Of a stretch of DNA of 64,000 nucleotides, positions 34,625-45,119 are shown piece after piece. Positions within the stretch are counted from its first letter, which is position 1, and every line of letters starts with the position of its first letter. The stretch is taken from assembly GCA_045596285.1 (NCBI GenBank), contig JAZOCA010000025.1, positions 30,613 to 94,612 on the forward strand. Direction: 5' to 3'. Origin of the DNA: Christensenellaceae bacterium. Lineage in GTDB: Bacteria; Bacillota; Clostridia; Christensenellales; Borkfalkiaceae. Both the position numbers and the translations under genes were made by a program. The notes beneath the pieces are model-generated. The model searched no databases. It saw only the letters and a program-made list of their open reading frames with translations, and had not been told where the DNA came from.

Positions 34625-36082
34625 TTATTTGTTAAAAAGTTGAGGATCGCTCTTTTTAATAGATGCATTTACTTGTTTACTAACACCGCTCATCAATGCT
34701 TCGTAAGTTGCAATTTCGCCAGTGAAGTATAAGCTTAATTTAGATTCGAACGTTTCGATCCAGTTAGAAGAAGTTAATCTTGCAGCATTGTTAATACGTG
34801 CAGTCTTTGCCATATTGAAGAAAACTTTTGCACTTGCTTCATCTAAAACGCTACCGTTAGTTTGAGGATTAGCAAATGCTTCTTCAGTAATTAAAGACAT
34901 TCTACCGGGTACGTTATAGTTAAGTTCGTTCATAACGCGATAGCCTTCTAAACTGGTTAGATATTGAATGAGCTTCCACGCCATTTCGCCGTTTTTACAG
35001 TTTCTGCTTACGCCGTAACCAATAGTAGAACACCAACCTACAGATTCGCCTCTAGTTCCGTCTTCTTTTTCAACTACGGGCATAGGAATACAGTAATAAT
35101 CCATATTAGCAGCGTCATAGTTAGGAACCATCCAACGACCGCTCCAGTACATTGCAATACGGTCTGTCATGAACATACTCATTTCATCTTGGCTTGCAAC
35201 TGAAGAAACGGGAGTATAAGGAGCACAATAATCTGCGCCACCTTCGGTTACCATTGCTTTTGAATATTCAAAAACTTCTTTTAAAACTTTACTTTCGGTG
35301 TTTAACTGATAATCTTCAGTTAAAATATCATCGCCTGCAGACCAAACGTAAGATTCCCAATAAATACGGTTAGTTCCGTAAATATTGTATTCGCTGTTGT
35401 TAGGATCAAGTTTGGTTAATTTCTTAGCAACGTTTAAATACTGTTCATAAGTCATGGGGTTAACTTGATCGGTTACTAACTTATAATCTTCTTCGGTTAA
35501 AGCACCTCTTTCTTTTGCTTCGTTAACGAGTTTGCGGTTTACAAATATACCGTTAACACCCATATCTTTAGGCAATGCAAACAAATCGCCACTGCCACGA
35601 ACGCCTGCATTTGTATCGAAAGAATACATTTCGATAAGTTGAGGCCAGTAATCTGAAGTATCAAAGTTATCTCTTTCTACAAGGGGTTGAACGGACTGTA
35701 AAGCACCCGCTTTTGCCCAACTTCCAAAGTCAGGGCTTTCCATTTGAATAACGTCAGGTGCAGTACCACTCAATAATTGCGTATATAAAACGTCCATATC
35801 GTTAATGGTAACTTTTTCAACCTTTATGCCGGGGTTTTGTTTTTCAAAACCATCGATTAACTTATCCCAAAGCCTTAATTCTACTTGACCGCCACCAACG
35901 TGGAAAGAAACGGTACCCGTTGCAGAGCCAAGGTTATCCATAATGTTAAGACCTTTATATTTAAATCCGCTACCGCTGCCGCTACTACCGCTTGAATCTT
36001 TGCTGCCACTATTACAAGCAGCCATGCTGAATAACATTATTACAGAGCATAAAATGCTTAAAATTTTAATTTTCTTTTTCAT
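34625..36082 (-). CDS. Extracellular solute-binding lipoprotein of the sugar ABC transporter
   Basis: I set the start at MKKKIKILSILCSVIMLFSMAAC (36082). It has a lipobox followed by a Ser/Gly linker. Its size and its position ahead of two CUT1 permeases fit this call. Confidence 0.82.
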   Translation of the reverse strand: MKKKIKILSILCSVIMLFSMAACNSGSKDSSGSSGSGSGFKYKGLNIMDNLGSATGTVSFHVGGGQVELRLWDKLIDGFEKQNPGIKVEKVTINDMDVLYTQLLSGTAPDVIQMESPDFGSWAKAGALQSVQPLVERDNFDTSDYWPQLIEMYSFDTNAGVRGSGDLFALPKDMGVNGIFVNRKLVNEAKERGALTEEDYKLVTDQVNPMTYEQYLNVAKKLTKLDPNNSEYNIYGTNRIYWESYVWSAGDDILTEDYQLNTESKVLKEVFEYSKAMVTEGGADYCAPYTPVSSVASQDEMSMFMTDRIAMYWSGRWMVPNYDAANMDYYCIPMPVVEKEDGTRGESVGWCSTIGYGVSRNCKNGEMAWKLIQYLTSLEGYRVMNELNYNVPGRMSLITEEAFANPQTNGSVLDEASAKVFFNMAKTARINNAARLTSSNWIETFESKLSLYFTGEIATYEALMSGVSKQVNASIKKSDPQLFNK

Positions 36083-36110
36083 CTTTTTATCTCCCAATCT
36101 ATACGTTTAA

Positions 36111-37781
36111 TTATTTGTTCTTTTTTGTTAAACAAATAACTGCAAAACCTAAAGCAATAACGGCAATAGGAAGGCTACCTACTGATGAAGAACATCCTTT
36201 TTTCGTCTCTACGGTTTCTTTTGCTTTAACGTAACCGTCTTCTTCTTCACCAAACGCACCGCCCATTTCTACACTTACGTTTGTGCCGTCTTTATACTCT
36301 TCAACTTTTGAACCAAAGTCTACGTAGTCAATTTCTACGTAAGAACCTTTAATTCTAATAAAATCGCCAACTTTTAAGCCAACTGTAGTTACTAAAGTTC
36401 CTTCTTCTTCAAACACACCCCAATCGGTTATGTGTTCTGCAAGATAATCTTTATAAACTTGTAATCTACCAGTTCTTCCATAAGTTCCTGCTAAAACAGT
36501 AATCTTTGAACCTTCTAACTGAGTTGCGTAACGAATCTTAATTTCGTAAGTGCCGTCTTCAGTAATTTTAACGGGGATATCAACGTAACAACTGTCGTTA
36601 TCAAAACTTCCTACGAAGCCTCTACTTGAATAATAATCGTTGCCGTAATCGTTAAGGTATCCGCCACCTTTTCTGATTGCGTTAATAACTATTGCTTCTT
36701 CTGCTTCATAACGAACGTAACCTTCTTCTGCGGCAGGAGCAGAGCCCTTCTTTTCGCCACCTTGTTTCCAATCGCCTACTTTAGCGCCAATTTCGATAAA
36801 GTCAAGTTGAGCAAAGTTTTGTCCGCGTTGAATTTCGATAGTGTTTTCGCCTGCGCGTAAAGAAACCAAGCCTATTACTAAAGCGTCTTTTGTAAAGTTA
36901 CCCCAGCCAAGTTTTATATCACAACGAACTGCAGAATAATATCCTTCATCGTTAAAAATACGTAACGTTGCTGCAGGAAAAGAGGGTTCAATAGCATAAG
37001 CTAAACCTATTTCGTATTCGCCGTCTGCCGCTACGGTAACGGTGAATTTAACTTTACTTGTAGAAAGGTCAAGGTTACCTGCATATCCGCTTCCAGAGAA
37101 TACGCCTGAATCATACTTAACGCCGTCTGTAATTTCTGCGTCTTCTGCTTCATAACGGGTAAAGCCCGCAGAGGGTTTACGAATGTCGCTATCGGTAGCG
37201 GAAGAATCACGGTAATCACCAATACGCTTACCTATTTCGATATAGTCAAGTTCAACGTAACCGTTACCTTTTCCTATCTTTAAACTGTTTTCACCAGCAT
37301 TCAAGCTTACGCTGGTTACTGCTAAAGGAGTGATATCAAATTTACCCCAATCAGAAACGTAAGGGCATTTTACGTTTGCAAACAATCCCTTATCGTTATA
37401 TACTTTTAAGGTTGCGCCCGTCATAGCGGTTGCATAACGTAAATAAAGTTCGTATTCGCCTGATGTTTCTACCGTTACGTTAAAAATCATTGCAGAATCG
37501 GGAAAGTCTATACAACCGATAAAACCTGTGCCCGAATAAACGCCGTAATCAGCTTCCGTGCCTGCGCCTTTAAGTGTAACAGCCTTAAGATCTGCGTCTT
37601 CTGCTTCATAGCGCGTTCCAAAAGATTCCTCGAAGGGGTCTTTTTCAACTGTAGAATCTTCCTCTTCTTGCACAGCGCTATCTTCAGCCGCTACTTTAAC
37701 AAGGGCAGAAAAAGGTGCGCTAATCAAGAACGCAAAAGCCAAAACCATAAGCGTTACTAAAAGAAGTACTCTTTTTTTCAT
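36111..37781 (-). CDS. Secreted protein with three CBM6/CBM35-like modules and a C-terminal Cys-containing TM anchor
   Basis: 556 aa with a signal peptide. RYEAEDA occurs three times, each followed by a beta-sandwich of about 130 aa ending in LDYIEIG/IDYVDFG, as in CBM6/35 modules. The protein ends KKGCSSSVGSLPIAVIALGFAVICLTKKNK. Confidence 0.7.
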   Translation of the reverse strand: MKKRVLLLVTLMVLAFAFLISAPFSALVKVAAEDSAVQEEEDSTVEKDPFEESFGTRYEAEDADLKAVTLKGAGTEADYGVYSGTGFIGCIDFPDSAMIFNVTVETSGEYELYLRYATAMTGATLKVYNDKGLFANVKCPYVSDWGKFDITPLAVTSVSLNAGENSLKIGKGNGYVELDYIEIGKRIGDYRDSSATDSDIRKPSAGFTRYEAEDAEITDGVKYDSGVFSGSGYAGNLDLSTSKVKFTVTVAADGEYEIGLAYAIEPSFPAATLRIFNDEGYYSAVRCDIKLGWGNFTKDALVIGLVSLRAGENTIEIQRGQNFAQLDFIEIGAKVGDWKQGGEKKGSAPAAEEGYVRYEAEEAIVINAIRKGGGYLNDYGNDYYSSRGFVGSFDNDSCYVDIPVKITEDGTYEIKIRYATQLEGSKITVLAGTYGRTGRLQVYKDYLAEHITDWGVFEEEGTLVTTVGLKVGDFIRIKGSYVEIDYVDFGSKVEEYKDGTNVSVEMGGAFGEEEDGYVKAKETVETKKGCSSSVGSLPIAVIALGFAVICLTKKNK

Positions 37782-37930
37782 TTTCTTCCTCCAAAATATT
37801 TTTATTTTTGTTTCGTAAGGCTAAAAATTTTGAAAACCTTACAAAATAAATCCAAATTATAAATTCACTTCGTTTAAGTTTATTAATAGCGATTTATCTT
37901 TTTCGCGTAAATCTTTGTTTACAGAAGTGA

Positions 37931-39739
37931 CTACTTTTTACAAATAGGTAACTCCGTCATACGAAGCGTAGTTGAGCCATAGGGTTGGAAAAACATTTTA
38001 ACGTTACCGTTAGTACGTCCACCCCTAGGTAATCTTGCTGCTAAAAATCTATGATCTTTCTCTTCTCCCCAGTCGATCGGCGCGAGATTTAAATAGATTT
38101 TTAACGGGGGATTTTCACGGCTAAAGGCATTACTGTACGCACATTCTTCCACCTCAAATTCCCCTTCTCCTGCAAAAGCAAATTCCCAAGCAGAATCCGG
38201 ATATATTTCATAATCGCAGTAAGGAAACTTTCTTTCCACGCCATCTTTTACGTACTCTTTTACCACTTTTCTTTCTTTAATGGGTAAAGCAAAAATTAGT
38301 GAACCGTATTGAAGAGCATATAACCCCATCGGTCTTTCAACCAGTTTTGGTTTACGCTCTAACGTAAGAAGAAATTCTTTTTGGCCTTTTTCGATCTTCG
38401 TAACTAAAAATCCGTCGTGTTTTTCCATTCCGCATACGTATAAATCATCTGAATTAGGAATTCTTACACGCAACGTCCATTCACCTTCGCTTTCGCTATG
38501 CACCTTTATCTTGACGCGGTTTCTAAAAGGATATTCCGTTTCAACTTCTACGTTTACCTTTGAGCCTTTCCATTCGCTTTCTATTTTAAGTGGCACACAG
38601 GATAAAATTATTATTCCGTCTTTATCCTTACCAATTGCCGAGCGAGCAAACTTGGGCCATGCCTGATTAAAATTCGCCGTGCAACACCCAAAATTAGGTT
38701 CTAGACCAAAACAGTTTGATTCTGGACCATTAGTCCCAAAAATAGGCGCATCTGGGAAAGAAACGGCTGCAATTTGATTTGTAAGTTGATCATATTGATG
38801 CGTCCACATATCTTCGCTAATGGTAGCCGGAAGCGCGTTGAACGCTAATTTTTCTAATCTCTCTGCCCATACGGGGTTTTTAGTAATAGAAAATAGCAAT
38901 TCATAACTATACATCGCTTCTGCAATTCCGCAAAGTTCAGTACCCTGTATCGGGCTATCGCCTGCAAGACATTCATCTCCCGTAAAATGCCCGTATACGG
39001 TTGAATGATATTTCATCAATAGATTGTAAAGTTTTTCGGCTTCTCCCGTACTTTCTTTGCCTAAAAATGCAGAATAAAGCGCCTCTCCTTTAAGAGCCAT
39101 TGCAGCATTAACAACGTGCGTTTCAAAACTCCATTCCTTAACGACGGTATCCCAAAGCTGTGATACGTTTTCATAATCAGCTCCTTGTGAGCGTAATCTT
39201 TTTGCTAATTCTTTAAGCCACTCTTCGGGGCGCCTTTCATATATCCAACAAATTGAAATTAAGCATTCATACCATCTTGATGCAGCCCATTGTTTGATCG
39301 TGCAACTCTTTAAAAAATAATGAAGATTTTTAAGAGCGCGATATATACAGTCTTCAACACGATCATCCCCGCTACAATCAGCGTAAACGACTAAAACTTT
39401 GGTCATCAAAAACAACGCCCAAACGTCATACGTAGTACGTTCTTCATCCGTGCAAGGACAAATCCAACCATCTTCTTTTTGCCCTTCCATAATTGCATTT
39501 ATGTACTTTTTTACTCGTTCCTTCATGTCGGCGTCGTCTAAAAGATAAGCAAGCGGAATAAAACCGTCTAACCAATAAGGCACACGCTCCCATCCTTCTC
39601 TATCTCCGCCAATCCACTTACTGTTCTGAACGTCAGGCCATATTTTATCTAAATTACCACTTAACCCTGCAGCTTGAATTTCTAATTGCTTTTTTAACCA
39701 TCCTTGGGGCTTTATTTCATTTGCATTAAAAAATCTCAT
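37931..39739 (-). CDS. GH127/GH146-like (DUF1680, beta-L-arabinofuranosidase family) glycoside hydrolase
   Basis: 602 aa with no signal peptide. GTELCGIAEAMY and FGCCTANFNQ resemble the E-x-C and C-C-x-x-N zinc/cysteine-nucleophile motifs of HypBA1-type enzymes, recalled from memory. Confidence 0.6.
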   Translation of the reverse strand: MRFFNANEIKPQGWLKKQLEIQAAGLSGNLDKIWPDVQNSKWIGGDREGWERVPYWLDGFIPLAYLLDDADMKERVKKYINAIMEGQKEDGWICPCTDEERTTYDVWALFLMTKVLVVYADCSGDDRVEDCIYRALKNLHYFLKSCTIKQWAASRWYECLISICWIYERRPEEWLKELAKRLRSQGADYENVSQLWDTVVKEWSFETHVVNAAMALKGEALYSAFLGKESTGEAEKLYNLLMKYHSTVYGHFTGDECLAGDSPIQGTELCGIAEAMYSYELLFSITKNPVWAERLEKLAFNALPATISEDMWTHQYDQLTNQIAAVSFPDAPIFGTNGPESNCFGLEPNFGCCTANFNQAWPKFARSAIGKDKDGIIILSCVPLKIESEWKGSKVNVEVETEYPFRNRVKIKVHSESEGEWTLRVRIPNSDDLYVCGMEKHDGFLVTKIEKGQKEFLLTLERKPKLVERPMGLYALQYGSLIFALPIKERKVVKEYVKDGVERKFPYCDYEIYPDSAWEFAFAGEGEFEVEECAYSNAFSRENPPLKIYLNLAPIDWGEEKDHRFLAARLPRGGRTNGNVKMFFQPYGSTTLRMTELPICKK

Positions 39740-39973
39740 AATAAGGTCGCTCCATTTTATTTCGCACTATAATAATAAAACATATTTCAAGCCATTGCAA
39801 TATCGATTTTAACCATAATTATTGCAATTATCACCCTATCATTACCCGCTTTGTTTATCAATTAGTTGATTATTTTCACTTTTAAAGTCGTTTATTTGTG
39901 TTTTAAAGGTATAAACGAACTAAAATTGATGTTTTTTATTGCAAACACTCACTTTTTTCGCAAAAAAAAAGTA

Positions 39974-40002
39974 TTGCAAATATTTAAATCGTATGTTATA
40001 AT
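39974..40002 (+). promoter_or_regulatory. Candidate sigma-A promoter of the AraC regulator gene
   Basis: TTGCAA-17 nt-TATAAT, about 60 nt upstream of the ATG at 40061. Confidence 0.55.
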
Positions 40003-40060
40003 TAAAAAAATCCCAAAATTACAAAAGTAATCACAACTTTGAAAAGGATTAGGAGCAAAA

Positions 40061-40792
40061 ATGTATTTATCTTTCGATAGCCTACCTCAATTTATTTGCT
40101 TTTCACCGCGCAAATTTTACGCAGGAGAACACCATATGGACCGCCGTATAAACGAATCGGTGTTGCTTTTAATAAAAAGTGGAACATTAAATTTTGAAGA
40201 AGACGGTGTTCCTATTTCTTTATCTGCCGGAGAATATTATATTCAACGACCTTCGCTTCGCCAAACCGGAAAAGCCGTAAGCCTTTCGCCTAATTATTAC
40301 TATATTCATTTCTTTGGAAGTTTTGGAGATAGTGGGCTACCCTTACGCGGCACTTTTGACATGGAGATTATTCAAAAATACATCGACGAATTAATAACGA
40401 TAGGCCATGATGCACCAAAGATGGAACTTCACAAAAACCTTTACTGCATCCTTTCTGACCTATCAAAACCTGAAAAAGATACCACGGCTCACGACATTAA
40501 AAAATATATATTGCGCAATTATAACAAAGCAATTACTCTTGATCAAATTTGCGAAGCACTAAACTTTAGTAAAAATCACCTAATCCGCGTTTTTAAAAAG
40601 CAGTATGGAAAAACGCCCTATCAATTCTTGATAGAATATCAGTTGGAACAAGCGCGTCAACTTTTACTCACAACTAACCGTTCGTGCGAACAAATCGCAT
40701 ATTCCGTTGGGTTTGAAGATTATTCAGTTTTTTACAGAGCCTTTAAAAAACGCTTCAACGTTGCACCAACTCATTACGGGCACAATAACTAA
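40061..40792 (+). CDS. AraC family transcriptional regulator, divergent from the glycan operon
   Basis: 243 aa with an N-terminal cupin-like sensor and a C-terminal double HTH (ITLDQICEALNFSKNHLIRVFKK...SCEQIAYSVGFEDYSVFYRAFKK). Confidence 0.85.
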   Translation: MYLSFDSLPQFICFSPRKFYAGEHHMDRRINESVLLLIKSGTLNFEEDGVPISLSAGEYYIQRPSLRQTGKAVSLSPNYYYIHFFGSFGDSGLPLRGTFDMEIIQKYIDELITIGHDAPKMELHKNLYCILSDLSKPEKDTTAHDIKKYILRNYNKAITLDQICEALNFSKNHLIRVFKKQYGKTPYQFLIEYQLEQARQLLLTTNRSCEQIAYSVGFEDYSVFYRAFKKRFNVAPTHYGHNN

Positions 40793-40900
40793 CGATATTA
40801 TACCTTTTGATTTAAGCGCGATAATTTTAACATAGCCTTTACGATTAAACGTTTGTCGTTTTGTTATCAACGATTAAAATTATAATATGCAAAAATAACC

Positions 40901-40931
40901 GCCAAGTAGATTTATTCTGCTTGGCTTTTTT
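40901..40931 (+). terminator. Weak rho-independent terminator after the AraC gene
   Basis: GCCAAG-13 nt-CTTGGC followed by TTTTTT. Confidence 0.4.
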
Positions 40932-40994
40932 GCTGTCCTTTTAAGCCGTTTTATAATAAAAATCATAAAAAAGTCAGGCTATAAGGCGATTAAC
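40908..40994 (+). repeat. Composite dispersed element of about 87 bp (tail module plus family A copy h)
   Basis: GATTTATTCTGCTTGGCTTTTTTGCTGTCCTTTTAAGCCGTTTTATAATAAAAATCATAAAAAAGTCAGGCTATAAGGCGATTAAC aligns by eye at roughly 85% identity with 57697..57783. Confidence 0.8.
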
Positions 40995-41234
40995 GCCCCA
41001 TTTTTCCTTATATTGAATTATGCATCCTAATATATTTTGTGTTGATTACACATAAACAATGTTTTTGCCGAAAGGAAAAATAATTCTTTTAAACACATGG
41101 CAAAAAAGAGAACTTCAAAGGTAATATATACAAAACACAGACCGATGAATAAAAAACAAGAAAGGGTTTAGTAGCCACCAAAAAAATAAACGTTAGCTAC
41201 TCTGTTTTGTATAAACTTTAAGGCTAAAACAACT

Positions 41235-41261
41235 AAAAAGTGCCCCTATATGTCGATTAAC
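41235..41261 (+). repeat. Family A motif, copy i
   Basis: AAAAAGTGCCCCTATATGTCGATTAAC. Confidence 0.75.
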
Positions 41262-41501
41262 AACTATTTCACAACAAGAAAAAACCGTAATTTAAATAAA
41301 GGTATCTACCTATCCCTTAACTACTACTGCTGCTACGATTTACGCTAAGACCTAATTCACGATATATATGGTTATTTTTTTCCCAACGGTTTTAATAATT
41401 ACGTTAATTATAAATCATAAGCCATACGGCGAATCGCTTAAATTTAACGGCTTTTATCACAAGAAAAGCAAATTATTAGAATCAGATAACAAAAAACGCC
41501 C

Positions 41502-41526
41502 AAAAGTGGGCGTATAAGTCGATTAT
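41502..41526 (+). repeat. Family A motif, copy j
   Basis: AAAAGTGGGCGTATAAGTCGATTAT. Here GTGGGCG also pairs with an upstream CGCCCA. Confidence 0.7.
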
Positions 41527-41612
41527 TAAAGGTTTTGTTCAAAATTTAAGATCATATCATTATAAAATAAGTCTTAAAAAAATGATTTAAACATAGAACA
41601 GTTAAACGGTAG

Positions 41613-41645
41613 AAAAAAGCACTTGGTAATTTCCAAGTGCTTTTT
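41613..41645 (-). terminator. Bidirectional rho-independent terminator after the PfkB kinase gene
   Basis: GCACTTGG-TAATTT-CCAAGTGC, flanked by an A-run and a T-run. Confidence 0.8.
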
Positions 41646-41657
41646 AAATTATTATAA

Positions 41658-42671
41658 TTATAGTTCTTTAAACTGTTTTACAAATGCAAGAACGTCTTCA
41701 CAGTGGCGCAAACCGTCGCTACCGTTATTTTCACTTAGCGAACACGTTGCAGTTGCGCGTGCTAATTTCATTGCTTGAGTAATTGTTTGATTACAATATG
41801 CAGAATATAAAATACCACAGCAATAAGCGTCACCCGCCCCCGTTGTGCCTTTAATGAAACCTTGTGGAAGTTCAAAACTTTTTAAACTAACAAATTCATT
41901 TTTTTCAACGTCATAACCAAAACTTATCTTTGGCGAATGAATAACTATCCATTTTGAAACGCCAAAATCACGTAGTTTAAACATTGCCCTTTTTACTTCT
42001 TCAAGCAAAAATTCGCCCTTTCTATCTAAAAGATTTATTTCGGTAACCGACTGCGCTTCAAATTCGTTTATACAGCAAATATCGGTATATTTAAGTGCGC
42101 TTTTTATAATTTTTTGCGCTCTGTCACTCTGTTCTGAAACGATATCTATAGAGGTAAGCATTCCCTTCTCTTTTGCCTTGCAAAGCATTTTTGCGCCGTT
42201 TGTACCGTATTCTTCGTTAAATGCGTCGATTTTTTTCATAAGTAGCAAATATTCTAAATGAAAAATTTTTGCTGAAATATTTTCCCAATCAACGCAGTTT
42301 TCATCAAAAACGTCGCTTGCACCCGGGATAAAAAAGAAGGTTCTTTGCTTTGTGTCGCTTGCATTCATAACTATTGTAACGCTACTTTCGCCATCTACGG
42401 TAATACCCGAGCGATCAATATTATCATATTTTGATAGCGTAGAAATTAAATGTTTACCATTATCATCTGCACCAACTACAGCATAAACTTTAACGGGTAA
42501 ATCCTTATCAAGCTTAGCCAAATCTAAAATCAAGTTACCCGAACCGCCAACGTAGTGTGCGGTATCGCGAACGTTCACAAGCAAACCTTGTTCAGGATAG
42601 GTATCAATTTGATAAAAAACGTCTGAAATAAGCGAACCCGCTATGGCAATTCCCTGTTTTTGATTTTGCAT
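41658..42671 (-). CDS. PfkB-family carbohydrate (phospho)sugar kinase
   Basis: 337 aa. The ribokinase-like N-terminus is IAGSLISD...GGSGNL, and the C-terminal motif is GAGDAYCCGILY. Confidence 0.8.
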   Translation of the reverse strand: MQNQKQGIAIAGSLISDVFYQIDTYPEQGLLVNVRDTAHYVGGSGNLILDLAKLDKDLPVKVYAVVGADDNGKHLISTLSKYDNIDRSGITVDGESSVTIVMNASDTKQRTFFFIPGASDVFDENCVDWENISAKIFHLEYLLLMKKIDAFNEEYGTNGAKMLCKAKEKGMLTSIDIVSEQSDRAQKIIKSALKYTDICCINEFEAQSVTEINLLDRKGEFLLEEVKRAMFKLRDFGVSKWIVIHSPKISFGYDVEKNEFVSLKSFELPQGFIKGTTGAGDAYCCGILYSAYCNQTITQAMKLARATATCSLSENNGSDGLRHCEDVLAFVKQFKEL

Positions 42672-42672
42672 A

Positions 42673-43554
42673 TTACACCTTTAAACTAAAAATTTCTATT
42701 GCTTTTTTAACGTCTTCTTTCATTGCTTCAATGGCAATTAGCGGTAAATCGTGGTAAAATAACGGACTGCCCTTAGGTAAATTTTCAATATATTCTTTTA
42801 CCGCTTTGCCACCGGCAAGCGCCATATAAGTATAATAATTTACTTTGCGAATACCGTTTTTGATTGCAGTTTGAAATTCTTCTTTAGTTAAGCCCGATCC
42901 GCCGTGCATAACGAGAGGAACAGAAGTCTTTTCACTTATTTTTTTAATTCTGTCTAGGTCAAGTTTTGGTTTTTTCTGATAAACGCCGTGTGCAGTTCCA
43001 AAAGCAATTGCAAGCGCGTCTACACCTGTTCTTTCAACAAAATCTTTGGCTACGTCTGGATTCGTATAAACGTCTTCTTCGCTATTATAATTGCTTAAAC
43101 TTTCTTGCTCTTTTGCACCCCCAACACCTATATCTGACGAGAAAATATGCCCAAGTTCGGCTTCAACGGTAACGCCAACCGAATGGGCTAACTTACAAAT
43201 AAGCGCGGTTTGTTTGACGTTTTCTTCGTAATCTGCGCTTGAAGCATCAAGCATAACTGAAGTAAAACCTAACTGAATAGCCCTTAAACAAGATTCAACG
43301 CTACTGCCGTGATCTAAATGTACGCATATAGGAACTGTTGCATTTTTTGCAAGATTTATCATTATAGGCGCAATTTCAGTAATGGAAACAAGGGGTGAAT
43401 GAACTTCTGCCCAGTTAAAAACTATTCCCTGCTTCATTTCTTCAGCCGCTTTAACAACCGCAACGGCGGATTCATAATTGCATGCGTTAAACGCGCCTAC
43501 CGCGTAACCTTTTGCCCTTGCGTCATTCATTAGTTCGGTAAGTGATACTAACAT
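42673..43554 (-). CDS. Class II ketose-bisphosphate aldolase (FbaA/GatY/KbaY family)
   Basis: 293 aa with AKGYAVGAFN, HLDHG and MHGGSG motifs. Confidence 0.85.
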   Translation of the reverse strand: MLVSLTELMNDARAKGYAVGAFNACNYESAVAVVKAAEEMKQGIVFNWAEVHSPLVSITEIAPIMINLAKNATVPICVHLDHGSSVESCLRAIQLGFTSVMLDASSADYEENVKQTALICKLAHSVGVTVEAELGHIFSSDIGVGGAKEQESLSNYNSEEDVYTNPDVAKDFVERTGVDALAIAFGTAHGVYQKKPKLDLDRIKKISEKTSVPLVMHGGSGLTKEEFQTAIKNGIRKVNYYTYMALAGGKAVKEYIENLPKGSPLFYHDLPLIAIEAMKEDVKKAIEIFSLKV

Positions 43555-43564
43555 TATTTTCTCC

Positions 43565-44959
43565 TTAAATTAAATCAATTTTGTAGTCAAGATAATTGCT
43601 AAACGCTTCTACAACAGATTTAGCATAGTTGCCCCTTGTTACTGCAACGTGATGACGATAGCCATTTTGCGCCATATATTTAAGCATACCGTTAACGTCT
43701 GCCTTTTCAAAAACTGCGCCACAACCGAAAAATTCTTTTGGCAATATATCTTCCGTAAGATTGCCTTCGGTAACAAACGAACAAACTTCACCGTTTTCAG
43801 TTTTTAAGCTACCAACAGTCATTTCGCCAGTTATAAATTTACCTTTGTTTATACCTACGCCAGAACCTTCGCCGTATGACTTTTTAAACATAAGATGCTC
43901 TTCAATTTTACCTTTTCCTTGCATAAGAGCAGCTGGCGCAGGCCCGCAATGGAATAAAATGAGCTTATCTGGATGATTTTCGTAGTTATTATTAACGTCA
44001 AGTAGCATAACGGGATAATCTGCGGCTAAATACATTGCGCGCATCATAACTGCGTTGGTTACGTCTAGCTCACAACTTGCCGAAATACCGCGATTATTAA
44101 GTTCGCCTAAAATAAGACAAGGGGCTATTCCATAACGCTTTTGTAATTCATCCCAGCATCTTACTGCAACAGAGTGTAAATCTAATTCTTCAATAAGTTC
44201 GTCAATGGCAACGCCAAGTCGCGCAATATTTTCAAGTTTTTGCGGTGGATAATTACCAAAATCAGAAATTTGTGAGTAAAGTTCCTTTTTGCTTTCAAGT
44301 TTTTTCTGGTCTGCGTTATCCATCAATGCAAACACGCGAGACATATCTATCGTTTCTACGTTGATACGCTTATTTTGAAAGGCAATTTCATCAAATCTAA
44401 CCGTTTTAAATGCAGTTGTGCGCGCGCCGATAGCGCCAACGTTAAACTTTCTCATTCCGTTTACCACACGGCAAGTTCCGGCAAATAAACGCAAATCTTC
44501 TTTAAATTCTTCACTATAAGGATCTACGCAAAAACTCTTTGTAAGGGTGAATTTTACCTTCATTTGGCGTAGCACGTTACACATTGCAAGTTTACCACAC
44601 ATTGCATCACGCCTATGGGCAAAATCCATTTTATCCATTTCATCAGGAAATGCGTGTACTAAAATGGGTACTGTTACGTCCTTAAATGCAACTGAAGCGC
44701 CGTTTTCATCACCAAAGTTCGGAAGTGATAAAATAATACCGTCATATCTCCCTTCATTTTCCTTCAAAAAGCGAGCATAAGCCTTACCTTCGTTAATTGT
44801 TTCAACTGCGCCGTAGCGTGTTAAGTTTTCATCCATTATTAAATAGTCGTAACCGTTTTCTTCTAAAACTTTGCATAACGCAATTCGCGCAGACGCAATT
44901 AGTTCACCTGGGAAAAAACCGCGGTTACCAAAATATAAAGCAAAAGTAGTTTTTTTCAT
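43565..44959 (-). CDS. L-fucose/L-arabinose isomerase family protein
   Basis: 464 aa. The N-terminus ALYFGNRGFFPGELI and the overall length are typical of the short FucI-like isomerase family. It is the first gene of an isomerase-aldolase-kinase operon. Confidence 0.6.
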   Translation of the reverse strand: MKKTTFALYFGNRGFFPGELIASARIALCKVLEENGYDYLIMDENLTRYGAVETINEGKAYARFLKENEGRYDGIILSLPNFGDENGASVAFKDVTVPILVHAFPDEMDKMDFAHRRDAMCGKLAMCNVLRQMKVKFTLTKSFCVDPYSEEFKEDLRLFAGTCRVVNGMRKFNVGAIGARTTAFKTVRFDEIAFQNKRINVETIDMSRVFALMDNADQKKLESKKELYSQISDFGNYPPQKLENIARLGVAIDELIEELDLHSVAVRCWDELQKRYGIAPCLILGELNNRGISASCELDVTNAVMMRAMYLAADYPVMLLDVNNNYENHPDKLILFHCGPAPAALMQGKGKIEEHLMFKKSYGEGSGVGINKGKFITGEMTVGSLKTENGEVCSFVTEGNLTEDILPKEFFGCGAVFEKADVNGMLKYMAQNGYRHHVAVTRGNYAKSVVEAFSNYLDYKIDLI

Positions 44960-45070
44960 AAAAGCCTCCCTATAGGTTTATATACTTATAATAGCACTTT
45001 TTTTCCGTTAATAATAGTAAGAAATATCACTAAAAATAGTAAAATCTTCCCAAAATATGATATTATACCC

Positions 45071-45099
45071 TTGCTTGAGCGCAAAAACTATGTTATAAT
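45071..45099 (+). promoter_or_regulatory. Candidate sigma-A promoter of the PocR-AraC gene
   Basis: TTGCTT-17 nt-TATAAT, 21 nt before the ATG at 45120. Confidence 0.5.
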
Positions 45100-45119
45100 T
45101 CAATAGGGGTAATAATCGT

